Assembly: GCA_965246885.1 (NCBI GenBank)
Contig: OZ251992.1
Span: forward strand, 3,418,671-3,482,670
From: Abditibacterium sp.
GTDB taxonomy: Bacteria; Armatimonadota; Abditibacteriia; Abditibacteriales; Abditibacteriaceae
Direction: 5' to 3'
Length of the DNA: 64,000 nucleotides
Part shown: piece after piece, positions 56,544-64,000 of the stretch
How the letters are laid out: every line of letters starts with the position of its first letter
Numbering within the stretch: position 1 is the stretch's first letter
Notes under the pieces: generated by a model
What the model was told of the DNA's origin: nothing
The model's input: only the letters and a program-made list of their open reading frames with translations
The model's database searches: none
Translations under genes and position numbers: made by a program

Positions 56544-57983
56544 ATGACTTGGCAAGAACTTTTGCACCTCGACGCTTCCGCGCCCCTGCCCGCCGACTGG
56601 CTCCACACCCCGCGCCGCGTCCACATCGTCGGCGCGGGCGGCATTGGCATGAGCGCCTTGGGCCACGTATTACTTTCGCGCGGGCACGCCGTTTCCGGCT
56701 CGGACGCGGGACAAAACGCCCAAACGCGCGCCCTCCAAGATGCGGGAGCGACAGTCTTCGAGGGGCACGCGGCGCACCAGATGAAAGGCGCGGACGCGCT
56801 CGTGATTTCATCGGCTATCGCCCCCGACAACCCGGAAACAGTCGCGGCGCGGGCAAAGGGCGTTCCGGTTTGGCATCGCTCGCAACTGTTGGCAGCGCTG
56901 TCCAACGGCGCCCAAGTTTCCATTGCCGTTTCGGGAACGCATGGAAAATCCACGACTTCGGCGATGATCGCGCATATCCTGACGCACATCGGCGACGACC
57001 CGACGGCGATTTTGGGCGCTGTGTATCCGCCCTTCGCGTCCAATGTGCGCGTCGGGAACCCCGATCTGTGCGTCGTCGAGGCCGATGAGTCGGACGGCTC
57101 GTTTACTCTGTTGCGCGCGAGTGTCGCGGTGATTCTCAACGTCGAGCCGGAGCATCTGGAGAACTACGAGAACGACGCCCACACCCTTTGGCGCGCGTTC
57201 GAGGGGTTCGCGGCGAGCGCGCAGCACACCGTTTTGAACGGCGACGCCCACCTTCGTAAGGCGCCTTTCAAGGATGATCCGTTCGCGCTGTTTTATAGCT
57301 TCGTGAGCGGGGATTTAGTGGCGCGCGACATCGAAGCGGTTCCGGGTGCGATGCGCTTTACGCTCCTGTTTGGCGGCGCGAAGTGCGGCACGTTCTCTTT
57401 GCCGGTCGCGGGCCGTCACAATGTGTCGAACGCCCTTGCCGCGATTGGCGCGGTCGCGCAAGCGAAAGGCGTGCGCTCGCCGTTGCAGTTGGGCGCGTGG
57501 GCGCGAGCCTTGGAAACCTTCGCCGGGACGTTGCGCCGCATGGAGCGCAAGGGCGAGGCCGGGGGGGTTGTCGTGGTGGACGACTACGGGCATCACCCGA
57601 CCGAAGTCGCGGCGACACTCCGTGCGGCGCGTGACTTCTATGCGCGGCCCTTGACGGTGGTGTTTCAGCCGCATCGGTATTCGCGCACGGAGCAGATGGG
57701 CGCGGAGTTTGGAGCGTGCTTCGCGGCTGCGGACAGAGTGATTGTCACCGAGCTTTACTCGGCGTTCGAGACGCCCATCGAAGGGGTATCGGGGCGCATT
57801 GTGTTCGACGCGGCGCGCACGGCATGGCCGGACAAGGAAGTGCTGTGGGCGCCGGACTTGGACGCGGCGCTGGCCCTCGTTACGGAGAAAATGGTGGCGG
57901 GCGAGATGGTGGTCACGATGGGCGCGGGCGACGTGACGCGCTTGGGGGCGCGTGTTTTAGCGGCGCTGAAGGAGCGCGTTTAG
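56544..57983 (+). CDS. murC: UDP-N-acetylmuramate--L-alanine ligase
   Basis: GAGGIGMSAL, SGTHGKSTT, EADESDGSF, DDYGHHPTE, FQPHRYSRT, MGAGDV. Confidence 0.96.
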   Translation: MTWQELLHLDASAPLPADWLHTPRRVHIVGAGGIGMSALGHVLLSRGHAVSGSDAGQNAQTRALQDAGATVFEGHAAHQMKGADALVISSAIAPDNPETVAARAKGVPVWHRSQLLAALSNGAQVSIAVSGTHGKSTTSAMIAHILTHIGDDPTAILGAVYPPFASNVRVGNPDLCVVEADESDGSFTLLRASVAVILNVEPEHLENYENDAHTLWRAFEGFAASAQHTVLNGDAHLRKAPFKDDPFALFYSFVSGDLVARDIEAVPGAMRFTLLFGGAKCGTFSLPVAGRHNVSNALAAIGAVAQAKGVRSPLQLGAWARALETFAGTLRRMERKGEAGGVVVVDDYGHHPTEVAATLRAARDFYARPLTVVFQPHRYSRTEQMGAEFGACFAAADRVIVTELYSAFETPIEGVSGRIVFDAARTAWPDKEVLWAPDLDAALALVTEKMVAGEMVVTMGAGDVTRLGARVLAALKERV

Positions 57984-58021
57984 CGCCGCGTGTCGGGTTT
58001 CGCGCAAACTGCATTGTTCCC

Positions 58022-58957
58022 ATGACAGCGAACTCCCCTTGGACGGACTCCCTCTTGCGCCTGCCGTTTGCCCGCGCGGGCGAGTCGCTCATCCGCCACA
58101 CCACCCTGCGCGTCGGCGGATTGGCTCAGGTGTGGGTCGAGCCGCAGACCGAAGCCGAACTCGTTGCCTTTTTGGAATTAAACGCCCGCGTCGGCGCCCC
58201 GCTTTATGTGCTGGGCGGCGGCTCCAACGTCATACCGGGCGATGAGGGTTGGCCCGGCGCCGTGCTCCATCTGGGCAAGGGCTTTGAGAGTGCCCGCGTC
58301 GAAGGCGCCAATATGGTGGTGGGCGGCGCGGCTTTTCTGCCCAAGCTCACCCATTTCGCGCTGGATAACCGACTGGGCAACTTCGAGTGGGCGTGTGGCA
58401 TCCCCGGCAGTGTCGGGGGCAGCGTGTGGGGCAACGCCGGGGCGCGCGGCTGGAACGGCCGGGCGTTCGAGGGGCGCGATAGCGCCGCCGACTTTGTCGG
58501 GGGTGTCGCCTTTGACCGAGCCGGGAAGCGCCACGAACTCGCTCGCTCGGACGTCGAGTTCGCTTACCGCCGCTCCAGCCTCGGCGACCTCATCGTGACC
58601 GAAGCGACGTTCGCGCTCAAACCGCTTTCGGAAAAGGCCGCCCTCGCTCACAAGGAGGGCGTGCGCCAACTGTTGGAAGTGCGCCGCGCCACTCAACCCG
58701 CCAACGCCGCGAGCGCGGGGTGCGTGTGGAAGAACCCGAAGGTCGAGGGCTGTGTCGGGGCGGGCGCCCTCGTTGAGAAATGCGGCTTGAAGGGTTGCAA
58801 CTGCGGCCCCGCGCGCATCTCGGACGTGCACGCCAATTTCATCGTCAACACCGGCGGTGCGACGGGCGCTCAGGTGCGCGGACTCGCGCAGTATATCGAA
58901 GAAGAAGTCGAAGACCAAACCGGCATCAAGTTAGAACGCGAAGCCCGGTTCTGGTGA
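58022..58957 (+). CDS. murB: UDP-N-acetylenolpyruvoylglucosamine reductase
   Basis: HTTLRVGG, LGGGSN, GIPGSVGG..NAGA, FAYRRS, SAGCVWKNP, HANFIVN, LERE. Confidence 0.95.
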   Translation: MTANSPWTDSLLRLPFARAGESLIRHTTLRVGGLAQVWVEPQTEAELVAFLELNARVGAPLYVLGGGSNVIPGDEGWPGAVLHLGKGFESARVEGANMVVGGAAFLPKLTHFALDNRLGNFEWACGIPGSVGGSVWGNAGARGWNGRAFEGRDSAADFVGGVAFDRAGKRHELARSDVEFAYRRSSLGDLIVTEATFALKPLSEKAALAHKEGVRQLLEVRRATQPANAASAGCVWKNPKVEGCVGAGALVEKCGLKGCNCGPARISDVHANFIVNTGGATGAQVRGLAQYIEEEVEDQTGIKLEREARFW

Positions 58958-58981
58958 GTGGGCGTCTCGCGTTAAGCTGAA

Positions 58982-60001
58982 ATGCCGCTCATGCTTCCAT
59001 CCAAAATCAACGTCGCCGTCCTGTTGGGCGGCGATTCTTCCGAACGTTCCGTGTCGCTCCGGTCGGGCCGCGCCGTCGCCGAAGCACTTGCTCACACTGG
59101 GCGCTTCCGTGTCACGTGCTTCGATGTCAACAGCGCCGGTTCCATCGCGTCTTTGGCACGCGAGTCTACGCTTGGCGCCACGCCCCATGTCCCCGTCTTC
59201 CCGCTCGCGTGGAAAGACCTGATTGTCGCGCTCGATACCAACGGCTTCGACCTCGTTTTCCCGGTTTTGCATGGCGGTCGCGGCGAGGACGGCACGCTGC
59301 AACACCTGCTCGAAGTCGCGGGCCTCCCTTTTGTCGGCTCCAAAGCGCGGGCGTGCGGCATTGCGATGGACAAGCCGCTCGCCAAAGCGTTCGTCGGCTT
59401 GCATGGCATCCCGTCGCCGTCCGGTTTTGTCGTCCACTCGGCAGATGAACTGGGCGCCCACGCCATTGAGTTTCCCTGCGTCGTCAAACCGGCGGGCGGC
59501 GGCAGTTCCGTTGGCGTCACGATTGTCCATGCGCGCGAGGAATTGGGCGCTGCCGTCGAAAAATCGCTCGCCGATGGGTCGGGCGCACTTATCGAAGAGT
59601 TTATCGTGGGCGTTGAAGTGACCTGCGCGGTCATCGGCGAAGGCGACCGCGCGCGCGCCCTGCCCGCCATCGAAATCGTGCCGCGCTTGGGCGAGGGTTT
59701 CTACGACTTCGAGGCCAAATACGCGCGCGGCGGCTCCGACCACCTCATCCCCCCTCGCATCGAACCCCGCTTGCAAGAAGAGGTCGCGCACGCCGCCCTC
59801 GCCGCGCACCGCTTGCTCGGCTGTCACGGCGTGACGCGCTCCGATTTCCTCGTGTCCCCGCAGCGCGGCGCCGTGTGGTTGGAAATCAACACCGCCCCCG
59901 GCATGACCGAAACCAGCCTCGTCCCCGACGCCGCCCGCGCCGAAGGAGTTTCCTTCGAGGCGTTGGTCGAGGGCTTGGCGATGGGGGCGTTGGCGGAATA
60001 G
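58982..60001 (+). CDS. ddl: D-alanine--D-alanine ligase
   Basis: GGDSSERSVSL, LHGGRGEDG, MDK, KP..GGSSVG, YDFEAKY, EINTAPGMT..SLVP. Confidence 0.95.
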   Translation: MPLMLPSKINVAVLLGGDSSERSVSLRSGRAVAEALAHTGRFRVTCFDVNSAGSIASLARESTLGATPHVPVFPLAWKDLIVALDTNGFDLVFPVLHGGRGEDGTLQHLLEVAGLPFVGSKARACGIAMDKPLAKAFVGLHGIPSPSGFVVHSADELGAHAIEFPCVVKPAGGGSSVGVTIVHAREELGAAVEKSLADGSGALIEEFIVGVEVTCAVIGEGDRARALPAIEIVPRLGEGFYDFEAKYARGGSDHLIPPRIEPRLQEEVAHAALAAHRLLGCHGVTRSDFLVSPQRGAVWLEINTAPGMTETSLVPDAARAEGVSFEALVEGLAMGALAE

Positions 60002-60016
60002 AGCTTGGGGCGTTGG

Positions 60017-60448
60017 CTACTCATCCTTCTTTTGCAAGATGATGTTCGCGCCTTGGCCGGTGGGGTTGGGGACGGCGATTTGTTGATTGGCATCGCTCAG
60101 TTTGACGTTGAGGGTGCCGCCTTGTTTGGAGTCGAGAAGGGTGACGAGGCCGGTGTCCTTGTCGAACGTCCACGTGCCGGTCGCTTCGATGGTGCCGCCC
60201 ATCGAGAAAGTTTTGTCGTCTTTGAGCGTCAGGTCGGTGTGGCTCAGCGTCGCCATTCCAGCGCGGAGGGCGCCCGCGTCTCCGTTGTTGTCGAGGGCTT
60301 TGGACGCACCAAGAGAAGCCGCGCCGTCGCGCGTTTCCCATGTGCCGACGAGTATCTTTTCGCGGCTGGTGCTGCAACCGGACAGCAGGGCGAGCAAGAG
60401 GCCGCAAAGGGCGAGCAAGGAACCGAAGCGGGCGGTGCGTGAGCGCAT
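60017..60448 (-). CDS. Hypothetical lipoprotein (lipocalin-like beta protein)
   Basis: Lipobox LSG-C; LVGTW and GTWT motifs. Confidence 0.7.
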   Translation of the reverse strand: MRSRTARFGSLLALCGLLLALLSGCSTSREKILVGTWETRDGAASLGASKALDNNGDAGALRAGMATLSHTDLTLKDDKTFSMGGTIEATGTWTFDKDTGLVTLLDSKQGGTLNVKLSDANQQIAVPNPTGQGANIILQKKDE

Positions 60449-60481
60449 AGCACGCCTCAGCTTAACAGGGTTGCGGGCGGT

Positions 60482-61216
60482 TTACGAGGAGGGGGCAAAA
60501 GACGTTGCAATGCCATCGGTGCGGGCGCGGATGTCGTCGGCGCGCTCTGGGCCTTGGGCATCGGCGATAATCTCGTAAGCGCGCATCAGACCGGAGCGGC
60601 GGCGCAGGTGGTGCGTGTCGGTGGCAACGACGATTTCGGGGAAGCGCCGCAGAAGCGTGAGGGCGGCGGCGCTTGCTTCGTCGCCGAACTCGCCCCACAA
60701 CGCGGAGGCGGTGATTTGTAGCCACGCGCCCTCGCTCACTAAGTCGTCGAGCCGTTCCAAGTCGCGCGAGAAGAAGGTCATGCGTTCGGGGTGGGCGATA
60801 ATGGGACGGGTGCCGCGCTCACGAAGCCACGCGATTTGTTCCAGTTCGGCCTCGCGCGGCCCGTGATCGCGCGCGTCCCAAGGCCATTCCAGCAGGGAAT
60901 AGTCGGGCGCATCGCCAAGGTGACACAGGACGCCCGCGTCGTAGTCGGCGCGGTAGGCAGGGATGTCATACAGTTGAATTTCGGAACCCGGCCAGATTTT
61001 CACCGCGATACCCGCGCGCTCCAGTTCGCTGTTGAGGGCGGCGACGCGCGGCAGGATGTCGGCATGCAATAAGCGCAGCCAGCGATGGTGGTGCGGCGTG
61101 GCAACGATGTCGGAAATGCCATCGGCAACCGCGAGGCGCGCGACTTCGAGGCTTTCGGCGAGGTCGTTCGGCCCGTCATCCGTCGCGGGCAGGATGTGGC
61201 AGTGAATGTCGAGCAT
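60482..61216 (-). CDS. CpsB/CapC/YwqE-type PHP protein-tyrosine phosphatase
   Basis: DIHCHILP..DDG, ATPHH, AHPER, ATDTH. Confidence 0.9.
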   Translation of the reverse strand: MLDIHCHILPATDDGPNDLAESLEVARLAVADGISDIVATPHHHRWLRLLHADILPRVAALNSELERAGIAVKIWPGSEIQLYDIPAYRADYDAGVLCHLGDAPDYSLLEWPWDARDHGPREAELEQIAWLRERGTRPIIAHPERMTFFSRDLERLDDLVSEGAWLQITASALWGEFGDEASAAALTLLRRFPEIVVATDTHHLRRRSGLMRAYEIIADAQGPERADDIRARTDGIATSFAPSS

Positions 61217-61246
61217 GAGAAAGGAGAGCCACTTAAACTGGCGACC

Positions 61247-61489
61247 ATGAGCATTTTAACCGTCGAACTGCCCGACGCGGTCATGGAGAACCTCGAACGC
61301 GCCGCCCACGCGCGCGGACAAGCAGTCGAAACCTTCGTGCGCGATTGGGCACAAGAAGTCAGCGCCGCCCCCGTGCATCCCCTGATGAAGTTGGCGGGCA
61401 TCACCAACTCCAACACACCAGACTTGGCGACCAACCACGACTACTACTTGGTCGAGGAGATGATGAACACCCACGCCGATGAGAAATGA
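61247..61489 (+). CDS. Putative antitoxin (RHH/CopG-like N-terminus)
   Basis: 80 aa; LTVELPD..L...A and C-terminal DLATNHDYYL; overlaps the PIN gene. Confidence 0.75.
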   Translation: MSILTVELPDAVMENLERAAHARGQAVETFVRDWAQEVSAAPVHPLMKLAGITNSNTPDLATNHDYYLVEEMMNTHADEK

Positions 61490-61898
61490 AGTCTTTGTGG
61501 ACACGTCGGGGTGGATGAGCTTTTTTGTCGCCGACGAGCCTTCGTTCACCGCTTGTCGCCGCATAATCGAGCAGTGCATTACCCGGAGAACAGGGTTACT
61601 TACCACGAACTACATCCTGACGGAGTTGGTTCCGCTTCTCTCGACAAGGACGCGCTTGACCCGTCCCCAAGTGCTTGAGTTGGTGGCGAGTTTGGCAAGC
61701 GTGCAAGAACTCGAAATCGTCCACATCTCGCCCGAACTCCATCGGCGGGGGTTCGAGTTGTTGCAAGCGCGTCCCGATAAGGAGTGGAGTTGGGTGGACG
61801 CCACTTCCTTTGCCCTGATGCAAGAGCGGCAGGTATCGCAGGTTCTCACGACCGATCACCATTTCGACCAAGCGGGATTCCAACGTCTGATCCAATAA
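61479..61898 (+). CDS. vapC: PIN-domain VapC-type toxin
   Basis: FVDTSGW, TTNYILTE, SWVDATSF, TTDHHF.QAGF. Confidence 0.9.
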   Translation: MRNEVFVDTSGWMSFFVADEPSFTACRRIIEQCITRRTGLLTTNYILTELVPLLSTRTRLTRPQVLELVASLASVQELEIVHISPELHRRGFELLQARPDKEWSWVDATSFALMQERQVSQVLTTDHHFDQAGFQRLIQ

Positions 61899-61902
61899 GG
61901 AG

Positions 61903-61940
61903 AAGCCCCTCGCTTTGTGGTGCGGGGCTATTTTTTCTTT
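61903..61940 (+). terminator. Intrinsic terminator after vapC
   Basis: agcccc...ggggct followed by attttttcttt. Confidence 0.65.
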
Positions 61941-63220
61941 CATTTCACGGGCGAGCCATACAGCGTGGAGCCGGATTCATACAAGGGGAAGCGGGCGCAT
62001 AGGTCGGCAACGCGCTCGCGGAGGCGGGCTTTGGCGGCTTCGTCGTCGCGGACGTGGAAAGCCGTCGTGATGATGGACGCGACTTCGGTCAGGTCGGCCT
62101 CTTTGAAACCGCGACTGGTAAGGGCAGGGGTGCCTAAACGGACGCCGGAGGTGACGAAGGGGGAGCGCGGGTCGAAGGGAATCTGGTTCTTGTTGCAGGT
62201 GACGCCGATTGATTCGAGCAGATGTTCGCCGTCCTTGCCGGAAATGTCGGCAGGCGTCAGGTCAACCAAGACGAGATGGTTCTCCGTCCCACCGGTCACG
62301 AGGCGCAGTCCGCCTTCGATGAGGCCCGCAGCGAGGGCGTCGGCGTTGCGGCGGATTTGGCGCTGGTATTCCTTGAAGCCGTCGGTCAGGGCTTCCTTGA
62401 AACAGACGGCTTTCCCGGCGATGGCGTGCATAAGCGGGCCGCCTTGGACGCCGGGCATAATCGCTTTGTCAATGGCTTCGGCGTGATGGGCTTTGCAGAG
62501 GATAAGCCCCGAACGCGGGCCGCGCAGGGTTTTGTGTGTGGTGGTAGTGACGAAGTCGGCGTAGGGAACGGGCGAGGGGTATTCGCCCGCCGCGACAAGA
62601 CCTGCGACATGCGCCATGTCCACGAGGAAATACGCGCCCACTTCATCGGCAACGGCGCGAAAGGCGGCCCAGTCAAGGCGGCGCGGATACGCGGAAAAGC
62701 CCGCGATGAGGATTTTCGGGCTGTGTTCAAGGGCAAGGGCGCGCACTTCGTCCATGTCAATGCGCTCGGTTTCGCGGTTCAACCCATACGCGACGGCGTT
62801 GTAGATTTTGCCGGAAAAGCTCATCTTGTGGCCGTGCGTGAGATGCCCGCCCGCCGCGAGGTTCATACCGAGCATCGTGTCGCCCGGCTTGAGAACCGCC
62901 AGATACACGCCCGCGTTGGCTTGGCTTCCAGCGTGGGGCTGGACGTTGGCGTGTTCGGCGCCGAAGAGTTCTTTGGCGCGCTCGATGGCAAGGGTCTCGA
63001 CTTTGTCCACGAACTCGCAGCCGCCGTAGTAGCGCTTGCCGGGGTAGCCTTCGGCGTATTTGTTGGTGAGCACAGACCCTTGCGCTTCGAGAACGGCGGG
63101 CGAGGTGAAGTTCTCGGACGCGATCATTTCGAGGGTGTTCTGCTGGCGGTGCAACTCGTCGTTCATGGCACCGGCGAGTTCCGGGTCGAAGGCTTCGATG
63201 GCGGGTAAGTTGAAATTCAT
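61940..63220 (-). CDS. glyA: Serine hydroxymethyltransferase
   Basis: [54 protein letters not shown]. Confidence 0.97.
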   Translation of the reverse strand: MNFNLPAIEAFDPELAGAMNDELHRQQNTLEMIASENFTSPAVLEAQGSVLTNKYAEGYPGKRYYGGCEFVDKVETLAIERAKELFGAEHANVQPHAGSQANAGVYLAVLKPGDTMLGMNLAAGGHLTHGHKMSFSGKIYNAVAYGLNRETERIDMDEVRALALEHSPKILIAGFSAYPRRLDWAAFRAVADEVGAYFLVDMAHVAGLVAAGEYPSPVPYADFVTTTTHKTLRGPRSGLILCKAHHAEAIDKAIMPGVQGGPLMHAIAGKAVCFKEALTDGFKEYQRQIRRNADALAAGLIEGGLRLVTGGTENHLVLVDLTPADISGKDGEHLLESIGVTCNKNQIPFDPRSPFVTSGVRLGTPALTSRGFKEADLTEVASIITTAFHVRDDEAAKARLRERVADLCARFPLYESGSTLYGSPVK

Positions 63221-63289
63221 GGCTTCAGAAAGTATGCCGGACGCGCTTCGCGCGGGGCGGTTTGCGTCGGTTGCAATGGAAGCTCTCAC

Positions 63290-63940
63290 TCAGGCGCCCG
63301 CGAGCAACTGCCGCGCGACTTCGTTGCCCGCCTTTTCGCGCCCGATGGTGGTTTCTGAGCCATGACCGGGCAGGATGCGCGTGGCGTCGGGGAAGCGAAA
63401 CAAGCGCTCAATGGATGCGGCGAGGGTGAGCGCGTCGCCTCCGGGCAAGTCAGTGCGCCCCACGCTGTCATGGAAGAGGACATCGCCGACGATGCAGACA
63501 TCCCCGAAGCGAAAGGCGACGGAGCCGGGGGAGTGGCCGGGGTATGTTTCGACGTGAACGGTGTCGGCGCCCAAGGAAAGGGAGTCTCCGTCGGCGAGGG
63601 CGACGTCGGTGGGAACAATTTCGGGGGCGGGCAAGCCAAACCACAACGATTGCTCGCGCAGATGTTCCAAGAAGAAGGAGTCGCCGGGGTGCGCGAGAAT
63701 AGGCGCGCCAAAAGCGGCCTTCCAGCGCGCGTTGTCGTAGATGTGGTCGAAGTGGCCGTGCGTGTTCCAGATGCCCTCGAAGCGCGCACCGCCCGCGACG
63801 AGTTGTTGGGCGCGCGCGAAGAGGTCGTCGGCGCCGATGGCGGGGTCAATGACCACGACGGCGTTAGCGGCAGTTTCGTGGCACAAGTAAGCGTTGGTAT
63901 CGAGGGGGCCACAGTTTTGAACGAAGATTTGGACGGGCAT
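63290..63940 (-). CDS. MBL-fold metallo-hydrolase (glyoxalase II-like, YcbL/GloC family)
   Basis: TNAY, THGHFDH, PGHSPG, GDVLF..SVGRTDLPGG, PGHG.ETTIG.E. Confidence 0.9.
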   Translation of the reverse strand: MPVQIFVQNCGPLDTNAYLCHETAANAVVVIDPAIGADDLFARAQQLVAGGARFEGIWNTHGHFDHIYDNARWKAAFGAPILAHPGDSFFLEHLREQSLWFGLPAPEIVPTDVALADGDSLSLGADTVHVETYPGHSPGSVAFRFGDVCIVGDVLFHDSVGRTDLPGGDALTLAASIERLFRFPDATRILPGHGSETTIGREKAGNEVARQLLAGA

Positions 63941-64000
63941 AAAAAGCAAATTGAGCGCGGCGCACGCTGAGGCGTCTGCCACAGCACTAATTCTAAGGCA

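Noticed and set aside
59690..59730. Ddl as a D-Ala-D-Lac (vancomycin-resistance) ligase because of YDF
   Set aside because: The omega loop ends AKY with Tyr retained, and the gene sits in the murC-murB-ddl cluster with no van genes

Overview
GC-rich bacterial chromosomal segment, mostly housekeeping, with about 56 CDS. I found no rRNA, tRNA, CRISPR array, prophage or intact transposase. Gene style suggests an Armatimonadota/Abditibacteriota-like organism (inference only). Contents: nadE 3' end, photolyase, an ECF sigma operon, rel, a macro-domain gene, a KaiC-like ATPase, pcrA, mutS, a pair of M16 peptidase homologues with wzm/wzt, a CHASE3 two-component cluster, pepA, a long LptA/LptC-like lipoprotein, two GT-C/GT2 modules, a nitrogen cluster (glnB-glnII-glnA, amt), dps, recX, iscS, a P450, priA, queC/queE, murC-murB-ddl, a vapBC-type toxin-antitoxin pair and glyA. 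The most striking signals are non-coding. (1) A YAHACT hexamer, usually CAAACT or CACACT, sits 6-11 nt before many start codons, suggesting leaderless mRNAs from a C-initial -10 element. (2) 11-bp-phased GAAAC/GnnAC boxes lie upstream of both glnB and amt, each ending exactly 10 nt before a TAnnnT hexamer, resembling actinobacterial GlnR sites. (3) Four intergenic arrays have a 21-bp period. (4) There are several long REP/REPIN-like inverted repeats. Start codons were picked by eye.
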